This document shows, one piece after another, positions 32,540-40,713 of a stretch of DNA of 64,000 nucleotides; position 1 is the first letter of the stretch; each line of letters starts with the position of its first letter. Both the position numbers and the translations under genes were made by a program. The notes under the pieces are model-generated. The model was not told where the DNA came from. It worked only from the letters and a program-made list of their open reading frames with translations, and did not search any database. The DNA is from Synergistales bacterium (GTDB lineage: Bacteria; Synergistota; Synergistia; Synergistales; JAFGMB01): assembly GCA_963666205.1 (NCBI GenBank), contig OY762654.1, positions 2,432,001-2,496,000 of the forward strand, written 5' to 3'.

Positions 32540-32749
32540 GGTTAAAAGCGATCTCACCGCAAAGGGACCATGGAAAGAACAAGATATTTGTTTGTCAGAA
32601 CATACGGAACAAACATGAAAACAGTAAAATATACTGATCAGAAGATTTTGAGGATGTTTATGGAGTTCCTTGTGTCTTTGCGGGTAAATGTGTCTGGTTC
32701 GTTTTTTCTTGAGGTAAAGACAATCTGAAATTGGCATGGGGGTGAGAAT

Positions 32750-33256
32750 GTGGCTTTCCTTTTTGAGGCCAGGTGGTCTCCATACCTGGTCGGTGTCGGG
32801 ATAGGAGTGCTCTGCTGGCTGACATTTCTGCTTTCGGATAAACCTCTGGGATGCTCAACCGCATTTGCACGTACAAGCGGAATGCTTGAAAGCCTTGTTA
32901 GTGGTAAGGAAGCGCTGGGAAGACCCTACTTCAGGGAATTTATTCCTGTTGTAGACTGGGAATGGATGCTTGTGGTCGGTATTGTAATTGGAGCCTTTCT
33001 TTCATCCACAATGTCGGGAGTTTTTTCTCCCGGTCTGGTTCCATCCCTCTGGGGCAGTACCTTTGGTTCCATGGCATTTCCCCGACTTGTAGTTGCTTTT
33101 AATGGTGGAATACTCATGGGTTTCGGTGCAAGATGGGCCGGAGGATGCACCAGCGGGCATGGGATAAGCGGGACCCTCCAGCTTGCTGTAAGTGGCTGGA
33201 TAGCGGTAGCCTCTTTCTTTGTCAGCGGTGTGATCACTGCTTTTTTCATCTACTAG
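32750..33256 (+). CDS. YeeE/YedE sulfur-compound transporter half
   Basis: LGCST, GFGARWAGGCTSGHG. Confidence 0.88.
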   Translation: MAFLFEARWSPYLVGVGIGVLCWLTFLLSDKPLGCSTAFARTSGMLESLVSGKEALGRPYFREFIPVVDWEWMLVVGIVIGAFLSSTMSGVFSPGLVPSLWGSTFGSMAFPRLVVAFNGGILMGFGARWAGGCTSGHGISGTLQLAVSGWIAVASFFVSGVITAFFIY

Positions 33257-33268
33257 GGAGGTGGCGAA

Positions 33269-33826
33269 ATGTTGACTCATCTCCATTCCAAAAGAAAACT
33301 TCAACTTGGGATAGGGCTAACTACAGGTATTTTCTTTGGTTTTCTCCTCCAGAAGGGAGGAGTAACCAGTTACGATGTTATCCTTGGTCAATTGCTTCTT
33401 AAGGATTTTACTGTTCTGAAGGTAATGCTCACGGCTGTTCTCGTTGGTAGTCTGGGAGTCCATTTTCTGGTTTCAGGGGGAATGGCCAATCTTCATCCCA
33501 AGACAGGTTCGGTAGGACAGACAGTGATAGGGGGTCTTATCTTCGGAGTGGGTTTTGCGACCTTGGGCTATTGTCCTGGTACCCTGGCTGGAGCGATTGG
33601 ACAGGGTTCTCTGGATGCACTGTTCGGAGGATTGCCAGGGATCCTTGCGGGAGCATGGTTCTTTGCGATATGTTATCCCACAGTAAGGGATAAGATCTAT
33701 CCCATGGGCAACTTCGGTAATGTAACTTTTCCCGAACTATTAAAACAGGACAGGTGGAAGATAGTGGCCCTTTTAGCTCTGGCTATTGCATTTGTTCTCT
33801 TTGCTATTGAGCTTGCAGGTTTTTAG
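33269..33826 (+). CDS. YeeE/YedE sulfur-compound transporter half
   Basis: FGFLLQKGG, GGLIFGVGFATLGYCPGT. Confidence 0.88.
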   Translation: MLTHLHSKRKLQLGIGLTTGIFFGFLLQKGGVTSYDVILGQLLLKDFTVLKVMLTAVLVGSLGVHFLVSGGMANLHPKTGSVGQTVIGGLIFGVGFATLGYCPGTLAGAIGQGSLDALFGGLPGILAGAWFFAICYPTVRDKIYPMGNFGNVTFPELLKQDRWKIVALLALAIAFVLFAIELAGF

Positions 33827-33853
33827 GATGGCCAACGATAGAAAGGGCGAATA

Positions 33854-34213
33854 ATGATATATCTGATAATCAACAGACTGGCCTTCGTGATAGGACTTAT
33901 GGGTGTCATCATAATCCTGTGGGGAGTTACGAATGTCTTTTTTCTTGCTGTAAAGACTGAATACCGGGGATTAAGGCAGCATTTTGTGAGGAAACACAGG
34001 GATGTTCTGAGACATTCCCTTGGAGTATACCTTCTTCTGGGATTGGAGTTCCTTGTCGCTGCAGATATTGTAAGGACAATGATACATCCTACTTTTCATG
34101 AGATAGCTGTCCTTGGTGCCATCGTTCTTATTCGTACTGTAATAGGTTTTACCCTCGATAGGGAGATGAATGCAATTCATAGTAATCACAATAATACCAT
34201 CAGGAAGCTTTAG
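33854..34213 (+). CDS. DUF1622 membrane protein
   Basis: LLLGLEFLVAADIVRT...LGAIVLIRT...L.RE. Confidence 0.82.
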   Translation: MIYLIINRLAFVIGLMGVIIILWGVTNVFFLAVKTEYRGLRQHFVRKHRDVLRHSLGVYLLLGLEFLVAADIVRTMIHPTFHEIAVLGAIVLIRTVIGFTLDREMNAIHSNHNNTIRKL

Positions 34214-34234
34214 ACAGGTCCCCTTGATCTCAAC

Positions 34235-36028
34235 ATGTTATTACTTACAAAGGATATATTATTAACCTTTTCAGTTCTTTCCCTGACGATCATTCTTTTC
34301 ATAAGTGAAAAGCTGAGGGTGGATATTGTTGCCATCCTCATAATGATATTGCTGCCGTGGTTGGGACTTATATCCCCGTCAGAGGCCTTTTCCGGTTTTT
34401 CCAGTAATGCTGTAATATCCATGATTGCCGTCATGATAATGGGTTCCGGTATGGATCATACCGGAATGATGAACCTGCTTGCCTCAAGGATAATAGAACT
34501 TGCTGGAGATCAGGAAAAACGGCTTATGGTTATCATTTCTTCCATGGTGGGACTGATCTCTGCATTCATGCAGAATGTGGGTTCCATAGCACTTTTCCTT
34601 CCTGCGGTCCTGAAAATATGTCGTAAGAAAGGAATATCTCCCTCCAATATCATGATGCCCCTTGGTTTTTCTGCTATTCTTGGGGGTACTCTCACCATGG
34701 TTGGTTCCGGACCTCTTATTATCCTTAATGATCTACTGAAGGGTGGAGGGGTGAAAACCTTCGGGCTTTTCAGTGTAACCCCTGTGGGGCTATCTCTTCT
34801 TGTTGCAGGAATACTATATTTTGCCATTTTAGGAAAAGTCATTCTTCCTTCCTCTCATGAAAAGATTGAAGAGGATTTATCTCAACAGAGCATGATCCGT
34901 ATGTGGAATCTTCCGGATACTCTCTATGTATGCAGAATACCTGCAGGGAGTTCTTTGGTCGGGATGACCAGGGAGGGTCTGGATCTCTGGAATAAATACA
35001 ATCTACACCTGATTTGCATCATTTCGGGGGAAGAAAGTATCTCTGCTCCATGGAGATACACCTCCTTTACGGAAGGTATGAAACTGCATCTTCTCGGAAA
35101 AGAAGAAAATGTGCTGCAGTTTGCAGAGGATAAGGGCCTGATCTTTTCAGGACGGGAAGAAGATTGGTCCCGTTTTGGAGTTGATTCAGGATTTGCGGAA
35201 CTTGTCCTGTTGCCAAAGGCTTCTCTCAAAGGTAAAACTATCCGGGAGATCGCTTTTCGGAAGAACCTGGGTGTGGAACCCATACTCCTTGTCAGGGCAG
35301 AGGGCACCATTTTAGATCATTTCCCGGACAGTCCCCTTAAAGCGGGAGATACACTTATCATTAATGGTCCCTGGAAGAACATAGGGGAGATTAGGAAGGG
35401 TGGGGATTTTGTCTGCCTTACCCCCGTTCAGGAGGAATCAAGGAGAAAAAAGATCATTCCTGCCCTGGTCTGTTTCACCACTGCAATTATCCTTGCCCTT
35501 ACCGGTTTCAGGCTTTCCCTTGCTCTTATGACTGGAGCAGCTGGAATGATCCTTTCCGGTGTGATAAAGATAGATGAGGCCTATGAAGCCATAGACTGGC
35601 GCACTGTATTCCTTCTGGCCGGACTCATCCCCCTTGGCATTGCTATGGAAAAGACCGGAGCAGCATCCTGGTTGGCATCAATGGTCATGAGTATTATCGG
35701 AGATGCTGGACACCCTTTAGCGATCCTTACCGCTGCAGGTATCCTGGCGACCCTTTTTTCTCTTTTTATGTCCAATGTTGCTGCTACAGTTCTTCTGGTT
35801 CCCCTTGTTCTTATAATCGGGGAGGAAACCGGGATTGATCCACGGGGACTTGCCATTCTTGTCGGGATATGTGCATCGAACTCCTTTGTGCTTCCCACCC
35901 ATCAGGTCAATGCCATGCTTATGTCCGTTGGGAGATACCGCAATGCCGATTATCTTAAGGCCGGCGGACTTATGACAGTAATCTTTCTTCTTCTTTCGGT
36001 ATTTCTGGTATACCTTCTTTTCCTGTAG
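34235..36028 (+). CDS. SLC13-family permease with TrkA-C domains
   Basis: EAFSGFSS, ISAFMQN, LGGTLTMVG, FMSNVAA, SFVLPTHQVN. Confidence 0.88.
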   Translation: MLLLTKDILLTFSVLSLTIILFISEKLRVDIVAILIMILLPWLGLISPSEAFSGFSSNAVISMIAVMIMGSGMDHTGMMNLLASRIIELAGDQEKRLMVIISSMVGLISAFMQNVGSIALFLPAVLKICRKKGISPSNIMMPLGFSAILGGTLTMVGSGPLIILNDLLKGGGVKTFGLFSVTPVGLSLLVAGILYFAILGKVILPSSHEKIEEDLSQQSMIRMWNLPDTLYVCRIPAGSSLVGMTREGLDLWNKYNLHLICIISGEESISAPWRYTSFTEGMKLHLLGKEENVLQFAEDKGLIFSGREEDWSRFGVDSGFAELVLLPKASLKGKTIREIAFRKNLGVEPILLVRAEGTILDHFPDSPLKAGDTLIINGPWKNIGEIRKGGDFVCLTPVQEESRRKKIIPALVCFTTAIILALTGFRLSLALMTGAAGMILSGVIKIDEAYEAIDWRTVFLLAGLIPLGIAMEKTGAASWLASMVMSIIGDAGHPLAILTAAGILATLFSLFMSNVAATVLLVPLVLIIGEETGIDPRGLAILVGICASNSFVLPTHQVNAMLMSVGRYRNADYLKAGGLMTVIFLLLSVFLVYLLFL

Positions 36029-36308
36029 GTCTGTTACAATACCTCAAAAAGCGAAGATAAGATAATGTTTACCAACAAAGCCGTAATAAATACAAAGCAA
36101 CCTGTAACCCTTGAGTTTATTTACTTTAGCTGCAATGTTTGTTCACGTTGAATAAATTGATTTTAATTAAATAAGAAAATAATATAGGATTCTCCTCGAC
36201 GTATCAAATGAGATTTGAAGTGGTTTTCGTAAGTTATTCTGATGTGTTTAAGCTAATAGAATGTTTTATTATTTCGTAGATGATGAGGTTTTGGAATTTG
36301 TTCTTTTG

Positions 36309-36338
36309 ATCCAAAATCTAAAATCCAAAATCTAAAAT
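36309..36338 (+). repeat. heptameric tandem repeat (AAAATCC/AAAATCT)
   Basis: ATCCAAAATCTAAAATCCAAAATCTAAAAT; related run CAATCCAAAATCCAAAAT near 8114-8131. Confidence 0.7.
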
Positions 36339-36355
36339 ATAGAGGGTGTATTTCT

Positions 36356-37474
36356 ATGGATTGGGAGAAGACCATACTTCCTGAAGTCAGAACCTATGAA
36401 CCAGCGCAATATGTATATTCCGGAGAGGGGGCAGTTCCTGAAATTGACTGTTCTCTTGGAACAAATCCCCTGGGTGCCAACGAACTTATCATGCATAAAT
36501 GGAACTCCGGTTTTTTCCTGGATCCTTCATTATATCCCGGAGACCAGAGCGGAGTAGTTGATGCCCTTGTTTCATTCTGGGATGGAGTGGTGAAGAAGGA
36601 AGATATCTTTTTCGGGACCGGTTCTATAGGGGTGATCTTTTCCCTTGCAAGGATCCTCATAAGTCCTGGGACGAAGATGCTGGGGATAGCTCCCCAGTTC
36701 TCCGACGGTGCTTTCTATTTTACTTTTTCCGGGGCGAGGATCACCAATGTCGAACTTAAAGCACCCGAATACCTGCTCAATGTAGAAGACCTTACAAAGG
36801 CCATGAGTGACGAGATTTCCCTGGTCTATCTCGATAGACCTCACAATCCTACCGGTCAGGTCATGAGCCTGGAAGATGTCGATTATCTTGCTGCAGAATG
36901 TGAAGGAAGGGGAGCGCTACTGTTAGTAGATGAAGCATATGGTGGTTTTATTCCCGAGGAAGATTCTGCCCTTAACCTTTTAAGAAAGAATATTGTCTGT
37001 ATTCGTTCATTTTCCAAAGCATGGGGTCTGGCAGGACTCAGGGTGGGATATACTGTTATCAGGGATGAGCGCCTTCAGAAGTATTACAGGAAAGTATCCC
37101 CCCCTTTTTCCATCCCGGTCTCTGCCATGGAACTGATACCGCTGATCCTTAAAGACAGGGATTATTTGAGATATCTCAGAACAACCATATCCGAACTGAA
37201 AGAGGAAACTATCAATACGGTGCTTTCAGGTTCAGGGTTTTCGGTAGCGCCTACATGCTCTACTGTTCCAATAATGATAGTGACCCATGAAAACACAGAT
37301 CTGGACCTGTATGACTTCCTTCTGAATAAGGGCGGGATAAAAACAGAACCAGGCTGGGGTTTTGAAAACCTGGGTAATAATTCAGTGAGGCTGAGGGTGC
37401 CAGGACCGGAGAATATGGAAGCCTTCAAAAAATGCTGGGCCAAGGTCTGCAGGGAACTGGAAAAAAGATCCTGA
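36356..37474 (+). CDS. class I/II PLP aminotransferase (HisC-like)
   Basis: PHNPTG, LVDEAY, RSFSKAWGLAGLRVG. Confidence 0.88.
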   Translation: MDWEKTILPEVRTYEPAQYVYSGEGAVPEIDCSLGTNPLGANELIMHKWNSGFFLDPSLYPGDQSGVVDALVSFWDGVVKKEDIFFGTGSIGVIFSLARILISPGTKMLGIAPQFSDGAFYFTFSGARITNVELKAPEYLLNVEDLTKAMSDEISLVYLDRPHNPTGQVMSLEDVDYLAAECEGRGALLLVDEAYGGFIPEEDSALNLLRKNIVCIRSFSKAWGLAGLRVGYTVIRDERLQKYYRKVSPPFSIPVSAMELIPLILKDRDYLRYLRTTISELKEETINTVLSGSGFSVAPTCSTVPIMIVTHENTDLDLYDFLLNKGGIKTEPGWGFENLGNNSVRLRVPGPENMEAFKKCWAKVCRELEKRS

Positions 37475-37481
37475 AAACCAT

Positions 37482-37764
37482 TTCACCGCAAAGACGCAAA
37501 GGAACCCGTTACCATTTTGTAAAATCTACTGTGCAAAATAAGACTCTATTTTGCACAGTAGAACATAAAATAAATAAAATGTTTCATTGAGGTTCAACAA
37601 CATTTCCTGGTTTCAAGGTTTTATTCGTGAGAAATGTAGCCTCATTTTTCATAGCCGACAAAGTGGCCTGTTTCTTGATCTTCTAGACCCGCGCAGCGTC
37701 CGCCCGTCCCCGGTTTATTCAGTGGTTTTTGGCGGATTTTCATTCTTTGCAATCTTGCCGTGAA
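37482..37764. repeat. intergenic element bounded by imperfect inverted repeats, with internal 16-bp perfect hairpin
   Basis: TTCACCGCAAAGACGCAAAG (37482) vs CTTTGCAATCTTGCCGTGAA (37745-37764); TCTACTGTGCAAAATA/TATTTTGCACAGTAGA at 37525-37562. Confidence 0.6.
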
Positions 37765-37775
37765 TAAACGTTGGT

Positions 37776-39647
37776 TTATGCGAAAAGGGTCTTTTTTGCC
37801 GCCTTTTTACGATCGTTATCGTTCAGTATAGCTTTTCTTACCCTGATCGATTTCGGAGTCACCTCTACAAGCTCGTCCGGGGCGATCCATTCCATAGCTT
37901 TTTCAAGGGTAAGGGTTCTTGGCACATCGAGTTTAATTCCCATATCCTTTGTGGAAGCACGATGGTTGGTCATCTGTTTTCTCTTGGTGGGGTTACATGC
38001 CATGTCTACAGGTCTGGAGTTTTCCCCGACGATCATCCCTTCATATACCTTGTCCATAGGTTTGATGAACAGAGTGCTTCTCTGTTGCAGATTGTCAAGT
38101 TGATATCCGGTTGCATCTCCTGTTTCGATGCTTACAAGTGAACCTCTGTTCCTTGAGTTTATCTCTCCCGCCCAGGGACCGTAACCGTTAAAACATGAAG
38201 ACATGATGCCCAGTCCCCTTGTATCTGTGAGGAATTCTCCCCTGTAGCCTATGAGTCCCCTGGTAGGGATCCGGAACTCGAGACGGAGAAGGCCTGTCTG
38301 GAGATTCAGCATGTTCACCATACGGGCTTTTCTCCTGGAAAGTTTCTCAAATACAATTCCCTGGAATTCATCTGGAACGTCTATGGTAAGTTCTTCCATG
38401 GGTTCAAGAAGTTTCCCGTCAACCGTGTCAGTTATAACTTCTGGTCTGGAAACACAGAATTCCATTCCCTCCCTGCGCATTTCTTCGATAAGAATGGCAA
38501 GGTGAAGTTCACCTCTGCCTGATACTTTAACTCCATCTGGCCTGCCAAGATCCTCCATGTGCAGAGCGACATTGGTCTGCATTTCTCTTTCTATCCTTGC
38601 CTTTATCTGGCGCAGGGTTATGGCTTGTCCATCCTGTCCTGAGAAGGGCCCGTTGTTTACCAGGAAGAACATGGAAACGGTAGGTTCTTCTATAGAGAGA
38701 GGTTGCATGGCCGGATCCTCCAGGAGTGGAGAAGCGAAGGTATCTCCGATGTTGATATCCTTAGGTCCTGCTACCCAGACGATGTCTCCGGCATGAACCT
38801 TGTCCACTTCTGCCCTGTCCAACCCTCGTGTAACCCATAACTGGGACACTTTTTCAGGGGTCTGGCCTGTTATCTCCCATTCGCCTTCCTGGTTCAGAGG
38901 GCTTTTCCATCGGGTAGAGATCCTGTTAAACTCCTGGCCGGCTTCCAAAGTGCCCTGGAGTATTTTGCCGCAGCCTATCCGACCGGTATATTCATTCCAT
39001 GCCAGGGTCGTGACCTGCATGAGAAAAGGAGCATCCTGCCTGGCTTCCGGTGCAGGTACGTGTTCGATTATCATGTCAAACAAGTCGTCCATTCCTTCCC
39101 ATTTCTGGGTTTCAAGATCCCTTACAGCCCAACCCTGGAGTCCTGAACCATAAATAACGGGGAAATCAGCCTGTTCATCACTGGCACCCAGCTCTATGAA
39201 GAGATCAAAGGTCTTGTTGAGGGCGTCTGCCGGGTCGGCATTGGGTCTGTCCGCCTTGTTTATGAATACCAGTGGTTTAAGGCCCATTTTCAGCGCATGC
39301 ATAAGGACATACCTGGTCTGGGGCATGGGACCTTCATTTGCATCTACAAGAAGAAACACTGAATCGACAGTTGATAGGACTCTTTCCACCTCTCCTGAAA
39401 AGTCAGCATGTCCAGGAGTGTCTATGAGATTTATAAGGTATCCCTTCCATTCAACCGTACAGTGTTTGGATCTTATGGTGATACCCCTTTCTTTTTCCAG
39501 TTCATTATTGTCCATGACCCTTTCTTCGATCTTTGCATTCTCCCTGAAGACATGGGCAGCCCTGAAGATGGAATCGATAAGGGTGGTCTTTCCATGGTCT
39601 ATATGGGCTATTATGGCCAGGTTTCTGATCTTGTTTACCTCATGCAT
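37776..39647 (-). CDS. typA: translational GTPase TypA/BipA
   Basis: IAHIDHGKTTL, EKERGITI, DTPGHADFSGEVER, VSGRGELHL, DELVEVTP. Confidence 0.96.
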   Translation of the reverse strand: MHEVNKIRNLAIIAHIDHGKTTLIDSIFRAAHVFRENAKIEERVMDNNELEKERGITIRSKHCTVEWKGYLINLIDTPGHADFSGEVERVLSTVDSVFLLVDANEGPMPQTRYVLMHALKMGLKPLVFINKADRPNADPADALNKTFDLFIELGASDEQADFPVIYGSGLQGWAVRDLETQKWEGMDDLFDMIIEHVPAPEARQDAPFLMQVTTLAWNEYTGRIGCGKILQGTLEAGQEFNRISTRWKSPLNQEGEWEITGQTPEKVSQLWVTRGLDRAEVDKVHAGDIVWVAGPKDINIGDTFASPLLEDPAMQPLSIEEPTVSMFFLVNNGPFSGQDGQAITLRQIKARIEREMQTNVALHMEDLGRPDGVKVSGRGELHLAILIEEMRREGMEFCVSRPEVITDTVDGKLLEPMEELTIDVPDEFQGIVFEKLSRRKARMVNMLNLQTGLLRLEFRIPTRGLIGYRGEFLTDTRGLGIMSSCFNGYGPWAGEINSRNRGSLVSIETGDATGYQLDNLQQRSTLFIKPMDKVYEGMIVGENSRPVDMACNPTKRKQMTNHRASTKDMGIKLDVPRTLTLEKAMEWIAPDELVEVTPKSIRVRKAILNDNDRKKAAKKTLFA

Positions 39648-39916
39648 TTATGAGACAGCTCCCTTGATTTTATCTTTCTGAATAAAATTATGTATTATAA
39701 AGCACATAGGCTAGGAATAATACACTCAAGATACAATAAATACAAGTTTTTTAGACTATTTTCAAAACCCTGAAGAGGTGTTTCCAAAGATCTGAAAAAT
39801 TAACTGAAAACAAAAAACATAAACAGAAATTCCTCTTTCATTTGCTTATTCATTAAGGTAATATAATAAACGATGAGTTATTCTGATAATCAGACTCAGA
39901 AAGGGAGTGATCTAAT

Positions 39917-40636
39917 TTGACTGAAAAGAAAGCTGGTTGCACAGTTCCATCCGCAAAAGTCGCTAAAAGTGATTCAGAAAAACTTCCTGTTCAGACTGAT
40001 ATAGTTAAGGAGGAAAAGGGTATGACAGTTATGGTTGGTAAAAAGGCCCCGGATTTCACTGCTCCTGCGTTTCATAAAGGAGAATTCAAGACAGTAACAC
40101 TTTCAGACTACCTCGGCAAATGGGTAGCGCTCTGTTTTTACCCCGGAGACTTCACTTTTGTCTGAGCCACTGAAGTTTCGGCAGTTGCCGATCAATATCC
40201 CAAGTTCCAGGAACTTGGTACAGAAGTTATTTCCATGAGCGTCGACAGCCAGTTCGTCCACAAGATCTGGAATGATGTGGAACTTTCCAGGATGGTTGAG
40301 GGTGGAGTACCCTTTGCTATGGCTTCCGACAGCGGCGGCAGCATTGGAAGAGTTTATGGAGTTTACAGTGAAGAAGCGGGAGTGGATGTGAGGGGAAGGT
40401 TCCTTATAGATCCTGACGGGGTGATACAGGCCATGGAAGTCCTGACGCCTCCTGTTGGAAGGAACGTGAGTGAAACCCTCCGCCAGATTCAGGCCTACCA
40501 GCTTGTAAGGGAATCCGAAGGATCCAAGGCTACTCCCTCAGGCTGGAAACCGGGCGGCAAGGTGCTCAATCCCAACATAGACCTTGTGGGTAATGTGTGG
40601 AAAGAGTGGAATCCCAAAGACGTTTACGGAAAATAA
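39917..40636 (+). CDS. prxU: selenocysteine-containing peroxiredoxin (AhpC/PrxU type)
   Basis: ORFs 39917-40165 and 40235-40636 are in the same frame; TGA 40163-40165 falls at the peroxidatic position [13 protein letters not shown]; alternative start ATG 40022. Confidence 0.9.
40178..40191 (+). promoter_or_regulatory. putative bacterial SECIS hairpin
   Basis: TCGGC-AGTT-GCCGA stem-loop beginning 12 nt after the in-frame UGA, G in loop. Confidence 0.6.
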
Positions 40637-40651
40637 TATAAATTGCACATT

Positions 40652-40684
40652 AAAAGGGGATCTCACCAGGACGAGATCCCCTTT
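40652..40684 (+). terminator. rho-independent terminator after prxU
   Basis: AAAGGGGATCTC...GAGATCCCCTTT followed by T-rich run. Confidence 0.75.
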
Positions 40685-40713
40685 CGTTTATCTTCAATAA
40701 AGAGGCGATCTTA

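Noticed and set aside
31853-32737. Long antisense ORFs (also 1288-1968, 27742-28368, 30108-30635 and others)
   Set aside because: Shadow frames overlapping well-supported genes
40163-40165. Peroxiredoxin pseudogene
   Set aside because: TGA lies exactly at the catalytic Cys position, frame otherwise intact, SECIS-like hairpin follows
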